A DNA stretch of 64,000 bases, taken from positions 32,559 through 96,558 of the forward strand of contig JBAZNQ010000001.1 in NCBI GenBank assembly GCA_041649135.1, in the 5' to 3' direction. Position numbers and translations under genes: made by a program. Positions within the stretch are counted from its first letter, which is position 1. The number at the start of each line of letters is the position of its first letter. This document shows, piece after piece, positions 9,572 to 18,112 of this stretch. This DNA is from Patescibacteria group bacterium (GTDB lineage Bacteria; Patescibacteriota; Kazan-3B-28). The notes under the pieces were generated by a model. The model made no database searches. It saw nothing but the letters and a program-made list of their open reading frames with translations, and had not been told where the DNA came from.

Positions 9572-9796
9572 ATGGTATGGAGTCAGTTTTTAATTTGGTT
9601 TCAGGTGATTATCGGCATTCTCTTGATGGCTGTCATCCTTTTGCAGTCTCGGGGATCCTCTTTGGGTGAGACCTTTGGCGGCAGTGGCGTATTTTACGGT
9701 ACTCGCAGAGGACCAGAAAAAGCTCTTTATTACATTACTATCGTTCTAGCGATCTTGTTTGTCATCAGCTCCTTTGTGATGCTGTTCGTCAAATAA
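9572..9796 (+). CDS. secG: Preprotein translocase subunit SecG
   Basis: 74 aa with two TM helices and the LLQSRGSSLGETFGGSG motif. Confidence 0.8.
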   Translation: MVWSQFLIWFQVIIGILLMAVILLQSRGSSLGETFGGSGVFYGTRRGPEKALYYITIVLAILFVISSFVMLFVK

Positions 9797-9806
9797 TTTT
9801 GGCCTC

Positions 9807-11570
9807 ATGAGCAACCAAGAGCCCGAAATCCACGTCGTTAAGCGTCTAAAGTCGATCAAGACCACCCATACCGCTCTTTCGGCTATCAACGGCCTCCAGC
9901 GGTTCTTCGGCGATGCCATGCAATGGTTTGGTGGTTTGGCTCGCAAATTTAATTTCACCGAAAAAGCTGTTTTAGCTGTACTTATCACCATGATCGTCGG
10001 TGGTAGTGTTGGTTTGGCGCTTTCACGAGAAAATTCCAGCGAACTCCAACCGGCTACTGGTGGTGCCCATATCGAAGGCATGATTGGTCAGCCCCAATCC
10101 ATTAATCCACTTTTGGCTGGCACTAATTCCGTTGATCGCGATATCTCCCGCTTGGTTTATTCTGGCTTAACAAAAATCGGTGCTGGTCGGGAAGTCCTGC
10201 CAGACTTATCGACTGGCTGGGATGTTTTGGATAATGGCAAAACTTACATCTTCCAATTACAACCCAATGCCAAGTGGCATGACGGTCAGCCTTTTTCTGC
10301 CGATGACGTTGTATTTACTTTTAATGTTTTGCAGAACAACGACTATAACGGGGTCTTAAAAACTGATTTTACCGGCATACTGGTTGAAAAAGTTTCTGAT
10401 TTTGCAGTTAAGATCACATTGCCAATGTCTTCGGTTTTCTTTTTAACCGATGTCTCGTTTGGTATTATTCCCGCTCATATTTTCCAAGATATTCCCGTCA
10501 AAGATTTAGCGGCGAGTTACACCACTAGTAAAATTATCGGCACTGGGCCATACCAATATCAGAACTTCAAGGATGGCGCCCTCACCTTAAAACGTTTTGA
10601 AGACTATTACGGCACAAAGCCATATCTCGAAAGTATCGTTTTTTCTTTCTTTGATAACGCGGAAAATCTCTATGCCGCTTTGCGCAACCGTCAAGTTAGC
10701 GCCGCTGGCTTTACTGAACCAGTTTTTAGCGATACCTCATCATCAGACAACAAATACGAATTTGCGTTGCCGCAATATAAAGCGATTTTCTTTAATCAAT
10801 TAAGCGGTAATGCGTTGCTTCAAAATGCTACTATTCGCCAAGCTCTGGCCTATGCTACCAACAAACAGCAGATCATCGATGAAGTAGAACAAGGCTATGC
10901 CGTGCAAGTAGACTCACCAATTTTGCCGGGATTTTGGGGAAACAATCCGAATTTGAAAAAATATGAGTTTGATATCGCCAAAGCTGCCAGTTTATTAAAA
11001 CGCGATGGTTGGACAGATTCCGACAAAGACGGAATTTTAGATAAGAACAACGGCAAAACCCGCTTGAGTTTAAAAATTTCTTTCCGTGATGATGCGAAAT
11101 CTCGCCGGACTGCCGAATTAGTCCAACAGAATTGGAAATCGATCGGCGCAGAAGCCATTCTTTTGCCGTTGGATGCTACCACGTTGGTAAAAGACATTAT
11201 CCGGCCTCGGGCCTATGAAGTATTAATTTTTGGACAAGATTTAGGTGGCAACTCCGACCCGTATGTTTATTGGCACAGTAGTCAGATTACCGATCCGGGT
11301 CTAGCGCTCGCCCCGACTGTGGATAAGGACATTGATAACAATTTAGAACAAGCTCGGACGGCCGCTAGTTTGAGCAAAGCTATCCCGTACTATTTAAAGT
11401 TTCAGTCCGCCTTTGCGGATTTAGTTCCGGCTATTTTGCTTTATCAACCGAAATACACTTATCTGGCAGACAAAAAAGTCAAAGGCGTAACTGATAAAAT
11501 TAACTTGTCATCTACGGCTGATAGGTTTATAGATATCGGGAAGTGGTACGTTAAGTCCCATAGGGAATAA
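9807..11570 (+). CDS. ABC transporter substrate-binding protein, family 5 (peptide/nickel/oligopeptide-binding, OppA-like)
   Basis: 587 aa with an N-terminal TM anchor and an SBP_bac_5-like core (WHDGQPFSADDVVFTFN). Confidence 0.75.
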   Translation: MSNQEPEIHVVKRLKSIKTTHTALSAINGLQRFFGDAMQWFGGLARKFNFTEKAVLAVLITMIVGGSVGLALSRENSSELQPATGGAHIEGMIGQPQSINPLLAGTNSVDRDISRLVYSGLTKIGAGREVLPDLSTGWDVLDNGKTYIFQLQPNAKWHDGQPFSADDVVFTFNVLQNNDYNGVLKTDFTGILVEKVSDFAVKITLPMSSVFFLTDVSFGIIPAHIFQDIPVKDLAASYTTSKIIGTGPYQYQNFKDGALTLKRFEDYYGTKPYLESIVFSFFDNAENLYAALRNRQVSAAGFTEPVFSDTSSSDNKYEFALPQYKAIFFNQLSGNALLQNATIRQALAYATNKQQIIDEVEQGYAVQVDSPILPGFWGNNPNLKKYEFDIAKAASLLKRDGWTDSDKDGILDKNNGKTRLSLKISFRDDAKSRRTAELVQQNWKSIGAEAILLPLDATTLVKDIIRPRAYEVLIFGQDLGGNSDPYVYWHSSQITDPGLALAPTVDKDIDNNLEQARTAASLSKAIPYYLKFQSAFADLVPAILLYQPKYTYLADKKVKGVTDKINLSSTADRFIDIGKWYVKSHRE

Positions 11571-11601
11571 GAGAGAAGAGAGAAGAGAGAAGAGAGAAGA
11601 A
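11571..11601. repeat. Simple sequence repeat (GAGAGAA)n
   Basis: gagagaagagagaagagagaagagagaaga. Confidence 0.8.
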
Positions 11602-11733
11602 GGAACTAAAATCTCACCAATCTCTCCAATCTTCATCAATCTCACCAAGCGTCGGAACAATAAAAATAAAAAGCTGACCTCTGTTTGGCATTGATGAATT
11701 GGGAAATTGAAAATTAACTACACAGTAGTTTTT

Positions 11734-11820
11734 GGGCCGGTGGCGAAACTGGCATACGCGCAGCGTTAAGGGCGCTGTGGGGTAATACCCGTGGAGGTTC
11801 AACTCCTCTCCGGCCCACCA
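11734..11820 (+). tRNA. tRNA-Leu (class II, long variable arm). Anticodon loop TTAAGGG gives anticodon AAG (A34, unusual); CCA encoded.
   Basis: Acceptor GGGCCGG/CCGGCCC, anticodon stem cagcg/cgctg, T-arm gaggttcaactcctc. Confidence 0.75.
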
Positions 11821-11942
11821 TGAAACGGCTTCGCCGTAATATCCAATACCCAATATCCAATCAGAAAACAAAAAATCAAAAATCTCTTTAATCGAACATT
11901 GGACATTGGTGAATTGGACATTAACTACGAAGTAGTTTTTAA

Positions 11943-12019
11943 GGGCGCGTAGCTCAGCTGGTTAGAGCACTTGGTTTACATCCAAGGTGTCGGGGGTTCG
12001 AATCCCTCCACGCCCACCA
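11943..12019 (+). tRNA. tRNA-Val (TAC)
   Basis: Cloverleaf by eye; anticodon loop tttacat; T-loop ttcgaat; CCA encoded. Confidence 0.8.
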
Positions 12020-12193
12020 CGAACCACTCACATTCGTTCGGGTTCATGGCGCCGCCATGAACGATAGGAAGATAAAAAGTGGCGAGTGCCATGTGCCCTA
12101 AACCGCAAAGATTCAGGGCGTCGCTGGAGCAAAGCGACTAGTACTGTGGCATTCACTCTTGCTTGAAAAATATGGTTTAATTGAGTATGTTAT

Positions 12194-12268
12194 GCCGAGG
12201 TAGCTCAGTGGTAGAGCAGATGCCTGAAGAGCATCGTGTCGGGTGTTCGATCCACCCCCTCGGCACCA
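12194..12268 (+). tRNA. tRNA-Phe (GAA)
   Basis: gccgaggtagctcagtggtagagc...; anticodon loop ctgaaga; CCA encoded. Confidence 0.85.
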
Positions 12269-12269
12269 C

Positions 12270-12344
12270 GCGGGTGTCGTATAACGGCTATTACATTACC
12301 TTGCCAAGGTAGAGACGGGAGTTCGACTCTCCTCACCCGCTCCA
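12270..12344 (+). tRNA. tRNA-Gly (GCC)
   Basis: Acceptor gcgggtg/cacccgc; anticodon stem ttacc/ggtag, loop ttgccaa. Starts 1 nt after tRNA-Phe. Confidence 0.75.
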
Positions 12345-12482
12345 TCGAAAAATCGGCCAATGGCTGGTTTTTTGATGGGTGAACTCAAAAGTAACTTGGG
12401 AAACTTCTCGAGACCTTCTCTTGTACCACATAATGAATCTAGTACACTTAACGTGTATAAGTAATAAAGTTTTTGCACAATC

Positions 12483-13481
12483 ATGAAGACGCATTCTCGC
12501 AAAACATCAAAAAAACATTTTTCTGGCTCAAAACACAAATTACTTATTTGGATTATAGTACTACTTATCGCGGGAGCGACTGGTTATATGTACTTGAATA
12601 AGAACACCAGCCCAAGTCACGCTGATGCAGATTTGAATTTATATGTTTCAACGCTAGGTAACGACAGCAATCCAGGTACTATCAAGCGTCCCCTGAGGAG
12701 TATTCATCAAGCGCTCGCTCTTAAAGGGGAGCTGTCGGCATCAGCATTAGCAATTAACATTGTCGGACCATCCTATTTGGTCGACAAAAAGGACTATGTA
12801 GCGGCCGGTTATCAGATCCCTAATCGCATTACTGAAGGCTCTGTGAGCATGGGCCCTTTGCAGAGTGCTGCTACTGTCATCTCGGGGCGACAAACGACTA
12901 TTTATGCCGAGAGTCCGGTCGAAAATATAAGCTTCTTCGTAGGCAATACCGGAACGTTAAAAATCGGTGGGTTACGATTCACGGTCGGTCTTGTCGCTCA
13001 AGCATCTGGTCGCGATGCGAGTATTCAAATTGCGGCCAATGATTTCAGTTTGGCGTGGGCACCCGATCACGCTGACGCAGATCTTGATCTTTCCTGTTCC
13101 AGTTCGTCTTATTGCCGTGCCACTAAAAATACATTTACCATCTTCAATGGTCCATTTGGAGACATGCTCGTAAATGCTCTTAATCTTAATTCGTATGGCT
13201 CGGCCAGTATTGATGCCGATTGGAACACATTTAAGTATCCTGCAACAGAAGATTGGCCTGATGAGTTGAACCCGCCGGGACCGGGTGGCTACCAAATAAG
13301 AGGCATTGTGTCCTGGGGCAGTAGTCCATCAAGAATTCTTGGTAATACTTTTGTAAGCGATAAATTCAACGGCAAGACTGGATTCTTGGGCTACGTGGGT
13401 ATTAGCTATTCACCGTCAGCCGTTGTGGGCAAGAATAGCTTTACGAAGTTTAGCGGTATACCTCTCGATAAGCGTAATTAA
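12483..13481 (+). CDS. Secreted right-handed beta-helix (pectin-lyase-fold, DUF1565-like) protein
   Basis: 332 aa with an N-terminal signal/TM. The YVSTLGNDSNPGTIKRPLRSIHQA motif is typical of parallel beta-helix proteins. HADADL(N/D)L is duplicated internally. Confidence 0.5.
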   Translation: MKTHSRKTSKKHFSGSKHKLLIWIIVLLIAGATGYMYLNKNTSPSHADADLNLYVSTLGNDSNPGTIKRPLRSIHQALALKGELSASALAINIVGPSYLVDKKDYVAAGYQIPNRITEGSVSMGPLQSAATVISGRQTTIYAESPVENISFFVGNTGTLKIGGLRFTVGLVAQASGRDASIQIAANDFSLAWAPDHADADLDLSCSSSSYCRATKNTFTIFNGPFGDMLVNALNLNSYGSASIDADWNTFKYPATEDWPDELNPPGPGGYQIRGIVSWGSSPSRILGNTFVSDKFNGKTGFLGYVGISYSPSAVVGKNSFTKFSGIPLDKRN

Positions 13482-13661
13482 ATCTCTATTCGGTCATCAG
13501 CTATACTACACTTGTTGTTCTTCGACACGGGTGCATTGAGGTTAGCGCGCCAGTTATTACCCAGCGGGGCTGACCTGATGTTGTCGGAACTGCTATGAGC
13601 TGATTTTATCAGTGGGTTACGACCCGCGCGCTCGCCGTTCTACCCGTTGTCCAAGACGATC

Positions 13662-13690
13662 GAGGGGCAGTTTGCTGCCCCTCCTTTTCT
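13662..13690 (+). terminator. Rho-independent terminator (gaggggcagtttgctgcccctccttttct)
   Basis: Perfect stem plus T-run. Confidence 0.65.
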
Positions 13691-13752
13691 AGCTAGTTAA
13701 TTTTTCTCGTCCTAGGCTGTAATATAGGAGGGGCAGTTTTATTGTTATATTG

Positions 13753-13826
13753 GGCCAGATGGCCGAGCGGTTAGGCAGGGGTCTGCAAAACCCCGTACAG
13801 GAGTTCGACTCTCCTTCTGGCCTCCA
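13753..13826 (+). tRNA. tRNA-Cys (GCA)
   Basis: Acceptor ggccaga/tctggcc; anticodon loop ctgcaaa; T-arm aggagttcgactctcct. Confidence 0.8.
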
Positions 13827-14122
13827 GTCTTCGCTACCTTAACAGGTAGCTACGCCTGGCTGACGCCATTCTATTCTTAATGTGAGTGGCTAAGTCTGGT
13901 TGGAACTAATATAAAAACAAAAGCGAAGACTGTCCTGTGCAATCCTGCATAGCTCACAGAGCGACGCATGGGCGTAGTCCTGCATAGCTGTTAAGCGACG
14001 CACGGACGAAGCATGGACTTCCTCTAATTATTTCGCTGTAATATCCAATACCCAATCAGAAAACAAAAAATCAAAAATCTTTTTAATCGAACATTGGACA
14101 TTAACTACGAAGTAGTTTTCAT

Positions 14123-14206
14123 GGGCAGGTGGTGGAACGGTATACACGAAGGACTTAAAATCCTTTGCCGCAAGGCTTGAGGGTTCGAATCCCTCCCTGC
14201 CCACCA
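14123..14206 (+). tRNA. tRNA-Leu (TAA), class II
   Basis: Acceptor gggcagg/cctgccc; anticodon stem aagga/tcctt, loop cttaaaa; long variable arm. Confidence 0.8.
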
Positions 14207-14262
14207 ATAAACGGCTTCGCCGTAATACCCAATATCCAATTACCAATAAACAAAAAAATGAA

Positions 14263-14390
14263 CCGTCATTCCCGCGAAAGCGGGAATCCAGAAAAGAAAA
14301 TAAACAAAAAACTTTTTTCTGTTTTTGTCTGGATTCCCGATCCCTCCAGAGACGGGCAAGCGGGTCGGGAATGACGAAGGAACAGTTTGG
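14263..14390. repeat. MITE-like element with perfect 10-bp TIR GTCATTCCCG/CGGGAATGAC and nested inverted repeats
   Basis: gtcattcccgcgaaagcgggaatccag...ctggattccc...cgggaatgac. Confidence 0.65.
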
Positions 14391-14456
14391 AAAATTAGAA
14401 CTTAGGATTTGTTTGTGATTTGGTGCTTGAGATTTGGGATTTACTATTTAGAATAG

Positions 14457-14543
14457 GGGCACGTGGCGGAACTGGTATACGCGCAGCGTTCAGGTCGCTG
14501 TGGGAGCAATCCCGTGGAGGTTCAACTCCTCTCGTGCCCACCA
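14457..14543 (+). tRNA. tRNA-Leu (CAG), class II
   Basis: Acceptor gggcacg/cgtgccc; anticodon loop ttcaggt. Confidence 0.8.
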
Positions 14544-14623
14544 TGAAGCAGTGCATAGCACGCTTCATGGCCGTGAAGTGAGCTTCGCTCTACTTCACTG
14601 GCCAATATGGTTCTGATTTATAA

Positions 14624-14911
14624 AAGCAACAGACTAACCATATATCTACAACCAATTCACAACTTAGTCTTCTATCAAAAGAAAAACGTATTCAGACAAT
14701 TAATGCCATTGTTGGATATTTCAAATCCGAACGCAACGAAGATATTGGTATCATTGCGGCTGAAGAAATTTTAATTTTTTTCTTAGAGCAAATTGGTAAA
14801 TCTGTTTATAACCAAGGTGTCAAAGATGCTCGCAAAATTCTTGAACAGCGGTTAGCTGATTTTGGGATCGATCTAGAAGGGCTGATCTTGGAGGAGCCCA
14901 GCCCAAGGTAA
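14624..14911 (+). pseudogene. Small conserved-looking ORF fragment (~95 codons) lacking an ATG/GTG/TTG start; possible small protein with a non-canonical start, or a remnant
   Basis: The open frame translates to ...IQTINAIVGYFKSERNEDIGIIAAEEILIFFLEQIGKSVYNQGVKDARKILEQRLADFGIDLEGLILEEPSPR*. It is absent from the ORF track because it has no in-frame ATG. Confidence 0.3.
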
Positions 14912-14914
14912 GAT

Positions 14915-15328
14915 TTGGTATTATATGCTCATATGACTAAACTTCCTCATCAAGCCAGACGATATGGTTATCGGATTAAAAAACGCTTCCGCGAAGACCC
15001 TTTTTCAGTAATCGTCCTCTATGCGCTATTTTTTAGCTTGTTCTTTCTGATCTTCGCCTTTCGTGGGTTAATCGCCACAGTTTTCATCAAACCGTTGGGT
15101 ATCATCAATCCTTCGACCCAAACGACAACTTTGCCGACTAACCAAACTCCTGCTGACGAGACTAATAGTTTTATTTTAAAGAGCGATCAAAAATATACCG
15201 TCAAAGAAGGCGATACCCTTTACAGCGTTGCGAACGCGCTGGAATTAAATTGGAAAGATTTAGCGACGCTCAATGAAATTCAGCCACCCTACGACTTGGA
15301 AGTTGGTCAGGAATTGAAGCTCCCATAA
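14915..15328 (+). CDS. LysM-domain membrane protein
   Basis: 137 aa with a TM helix and a C-terminal LysM motif (YTVKEGDTLYSVANALELNWKDLATLNEIQPPYDLEVGQELKLP). Confidence 0.7.
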   Translation: MVLYAHMTKLPHQARRYGYRIKKRFREDPFSVIVLYALFFSLFFLIFAFRGLIATVFIKPLGIINPSTQTTTLPTNQTPADETNSFILKSDQKYTVKEGDTLYSVANALELNWKDLATLNEIQPPYDLEVGQELKLP

Positions 15329-15329
15329 C

Positions 15330-15640
15330 AGAATAAATTCTAAATTCGAAATCCTAAATCCTAAACAAATCTTAAATCTTAAATTCTAATGCTTCAAACG
15401 TTTTCTCTGTCATTCCCGCCCTCCTCTTTGTCATTCCCGCGTAGGCGGGAATCCAGCCAAGAACAAAAACATTTTTTCTTTTTTCTGTCTGGATTCCGGA
15501 TCAAGTCCGGAATGACGAATTGTTTATTTTAGTAATTGGTATTTCGTGCTTCGTGCTTGTTTCGTATTTCGTATTTCGTATTTATCTCCCTAGATACTAG
15601 ATACTGAATTGTGTTTCGTGTTTCGGATTTACTTTCAAGA
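15330..15640. repeat. Left arm of a ~310-bp inverted repeat flanking the DUF218 gene
   Basis: Near-identical reverse complement of 16300-16650. Contains a MITE-like GTCATTCC element and tandem (ATTTCGT)n and TAGATAC motifs. Confidence 0.7.
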
Positions 15641-15641
15641 A

Positions 15642-16250
15642 ATGACAAAATTCTTTATTTGGCTAATTTTTTTGGTTGGGTTGCTGGGTGGATTGATCAT
15701 CGGGGTGGGTTTTTATTTATCGCCACAAGGTGTGTTAAAAACTTCTGATGCGATCGTGGTAATTAGCGGAGGAGAGACTGATTTGCGAGTGAAAGAAGGT
15801 GTTAGATTGTATCAGGCCGACTGGGCGCCTCTCATGATCATGTCCGGTGCCGCTCGGGATGAAGGCGAATCAAATGCCGAAGCCATGAAACGACTGGCCA
15901 TCAGTTATGGGGTGCCATCAGACAAGATCCTAGTTGAAAAAGAAGCTCGTGACACCTTCGACAATGCGAAATTTACCCACGATTTACTGGAAGAACACCA
16001 GATTAGATCTATTATTCTGGTGACCTCTCCTTACCATCAGCGTCGGGCCTATCTAACTTTCCGCTACTATCTTGGTCCCGATGTAACAATCATCAACCAC
16101 TCGGCGGCTGACTCGGCTTGGCGAAAAAATGGTTGGTGGAATAACGCTTGGGCCAGAAGCATCACCTTCAGCGAGCTCCAAAAGCTGACTTATTTAGCAG
16201 TTTTCTTTAAGGGAGAGACAAAAACCAGTATACTGGACGGGACAAATTAG
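15642..16250 (+). CDS. DUF218 / YdcF-ElyC family protein with N-terminal TM helix
   Basis: Motifs VVISGGE, SPYHQRRAYLTFRYYLG. The first ATG in the track (15609) lies inside the inverted-repeat arm, so 15642 is preferred. Confidence 0.6.
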   Translation: MTKFFIWLIFLVGLLGGLIIGVGFYLSPQGVLKTSDAIVVISGGETDLRVKEGVRLYQADWAPLMIMSGAARDEGESNAEAMKRLAISYGVPSDKILVEKEARDTFDNAKFTHDLLEEHQIRSIILVTSPYHQRRAYLTFRYYLGPDVTIINHSAADSAWRKNGWWNNAWARSITFSELQKLTYLAVFFKGETKTSILDGTN

Positions 16251-16299
16251 TATCTAGTATCTAGCGACTAGTATCTAGCGACAAGGATTAGTCACTAGA

Positions 16300-16650
16300 A
16301 AAAATCCGAAGCACGAAATCCGAAATCCGAAACACAATTCAGTATCTAGTATCTAGGGAGGTAAATTCGAAGCACGAAATTCGAAATCCGAAACAAGCAC
16401 GAAATCCAAAATCCGAAATCCGAAACAAATCCGAAGCACGAAATACCAATGATTAAAATAAACAATTCGTCATTCCGGACTTGATCCGGAATCCAGACAG
16501 AAAAAAGAAAAAATGTTTTTGTTCTTGGCTGGATTCCCGCCTACGCGGGAATGACAAAGAAGAGGGTGGGAATGACAGAGAAAACGTTTGAAGCATTAGA
16601 ATTTGGAATTTGTTTATAATTTAGATATTAGAGTTTCGAATTTTATAAAA
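16300..16650. repeat. Right arm of the ~310-bp inverted repeat flanking the DUF218 gene
   Basis: Reverse complement of 15330-15640, with small indels in the (AAATCCGAA)n tracts. Confidence 0.7.
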
Positions 16651-16662
16651 AAGGAGGCAATT

Positions 16663-17220
16663 ATGTGGTGGATTTGGCTTATTTTAATCTTAGCTTTGGT
16701 AGCTTGGGTGGTTGGGATGTTCAATGGTCTGGTAATCCTCAAAAATCGCGTTAATGAGGCCGCTAGCGATATTGATGTTCAGCTCAAGCGTCGGCATGAC
16801 TTGATTCCCAATTTGGTCAATACTGTACAAGGTTATGCCCAGCATGAACGGGAATTGTTCGAAAAAGTTACTCAAGCTCGTAGTAATGCGGTCGCAGCTG
16901 GCAGTAACCCCGATCTCAAACAAAAAGCCGCAGCCGAGAACACTCTGACTTCTGCTTTGCGCAGTCTCTTTGCGGTAGCAGAGAATTATCCTGACCTAAA
17001 AGCCAACCAAAACTTCTTAGCTTTGCAGGAAGAATTATCTGATACCGAAAATAAGATCATGTCATCACGTCGCTTTTACAACACCAATGTTCGTGACTAC
17101 AACATTCGTCGTGAGATCTTCCCAACTAGTATCATGGCTCAAATGTTCAAATTTGAACGTCGTGAACAATTTGAGTTGGAGGACATCAAGGAGCGCGAGC
17201 TTCCCGAAGTGAAGTTCTAA
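16663..17220 (+). CDS. lemA: LemA family membrane protein
   Basis: N-terminal TM then the LemA signature (RRHDLIPNLVNTVQGYAQHERELFEKVTQARS). A strong Shine-Dalgarno (aaggagg) lies 7 nt upstream of this ATG. The ORF-track start at 16603 is probably too early. Confidence 0.8.
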   Translation: MWWIWLILILALVAWVVGMFNGLVILKNRVNEAASDIDVQLKRRHDLIPNLVNTVQGYAQHERELFEKVTQARSNAVAAGSNPDLKQKAAAENTLTSALRSLFAVAENYPDLKANQNFLALQEELSDTENKIMSSRRFYNTNVRDYNIRREIFPTSIMAQMFKFERREQFELEDIKERELPEVKF

Positions 17221-17221
17221 C

Positions 17222-18112
17222 ATGTACAAAGCAATTTCTGCCAATCGGTTTCGCACCATACTTTTGATGGCAATATTTTTTGCCGTCATAGTTGGGATTG
17301 GTTGGATTTTGGCAAACGTCTACGATGACCCAGCGATGCTTGGTATCGCGGTAGTAATTAGCGTGGCGATGAACTGGATTAGTTATTTCCGGAGCGACAA
17401 AATCGCATTGACTACTGCCAAAGCCCGACCAGTTGATGTTCGCGATCTGACCGAACACAAAATTCAAAATTTAGTTGAGAATTTAAGCATTACTGCTGGT
17501 GTCCCAGCGCCACAAGTTTATATCATTGACGATCCATCAATGAATGCATTCGCTACTGGTCGCAATCCAGCTCACGCCAGTATCGCTTTAACCCGTGGTT
17601 TGATCGAAACGTTGGACAAAACCGAAATCGAAGGCGTAATCGCACACGAGCTTTCTCATGTCAAAAATTATGATATTTTATTAGCTACTGTAGTAGTAAC
17701 TTTGGTTGGTACAATTACATTGTTGGCCGATTGGTTCACGCGTTCTCGGTGGATCGCCAGCAGTAACGACAATGACAATGGTGGCACTAATATATTAGCG
17801 GCGGTGGGATTAGTCTTAATTGTTTTATCACCAATTTTTGTCACTTTGTTACAACTAGCGGTTTCTCGTAAACGTGAATTACTGGCCGATGCCTCGGGGG
17901 CAATGTTAACCCGCTATCCCGAAGGTCTGGCACGGGCCTTAGAAAAAATTTCTGCCAAACCTCAAACTTTAAAATCTGCCAATCGGGCTACTGCGCATCT
18001 TTTTATCGTCAGCCCGTTTGCCAGTAAGGTGAGGGCATCGATTGCTAATCTCTGGTCAACTCACCCGCCAATTGAACAACGAATTAAGTTATTAAGAGGT
18101 ATGGGGGCTTAA
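17222..18112 (+). CDS. htpX: Zinc metalloprotease HtpX (M48 family)
   Basis: HELSHVKNYD HExxH motif and 4 TM segments. Starts immediately after lemA, a common gene pairing. Confidence 0.8.
   Translation: MYKAISANRFRTILLMAIFFAVIVGIGWILANVYDDPAMLGIAVVISVAMNWISYFRSDKIALTTAKARPVDVRDLTEHKIQNLVENLSITAGVPAPQVYIIDDPSMNAFATGRNPAHASIALTRGLIETLDKTEIEGVIAHELSHVKNYDILLATVVVTLVGTITLLADWFTRSRWIASSNDNDNGGTNILAAVGLVLIVLSPIFVTLLQLAVSRKRELLADASGAMLTRYPEGLARALEKISAKPQTLKSANRATAHLFIVSPFASKVRASIANLWSTHPPIEQRIKLLRGMGA

Noticed and set aside
11614-11871. 85-aa minus-strand ORF
   Set aside because: It completely overlaps tRNA-Leu (11734-11820) and its duplicated promoter module.
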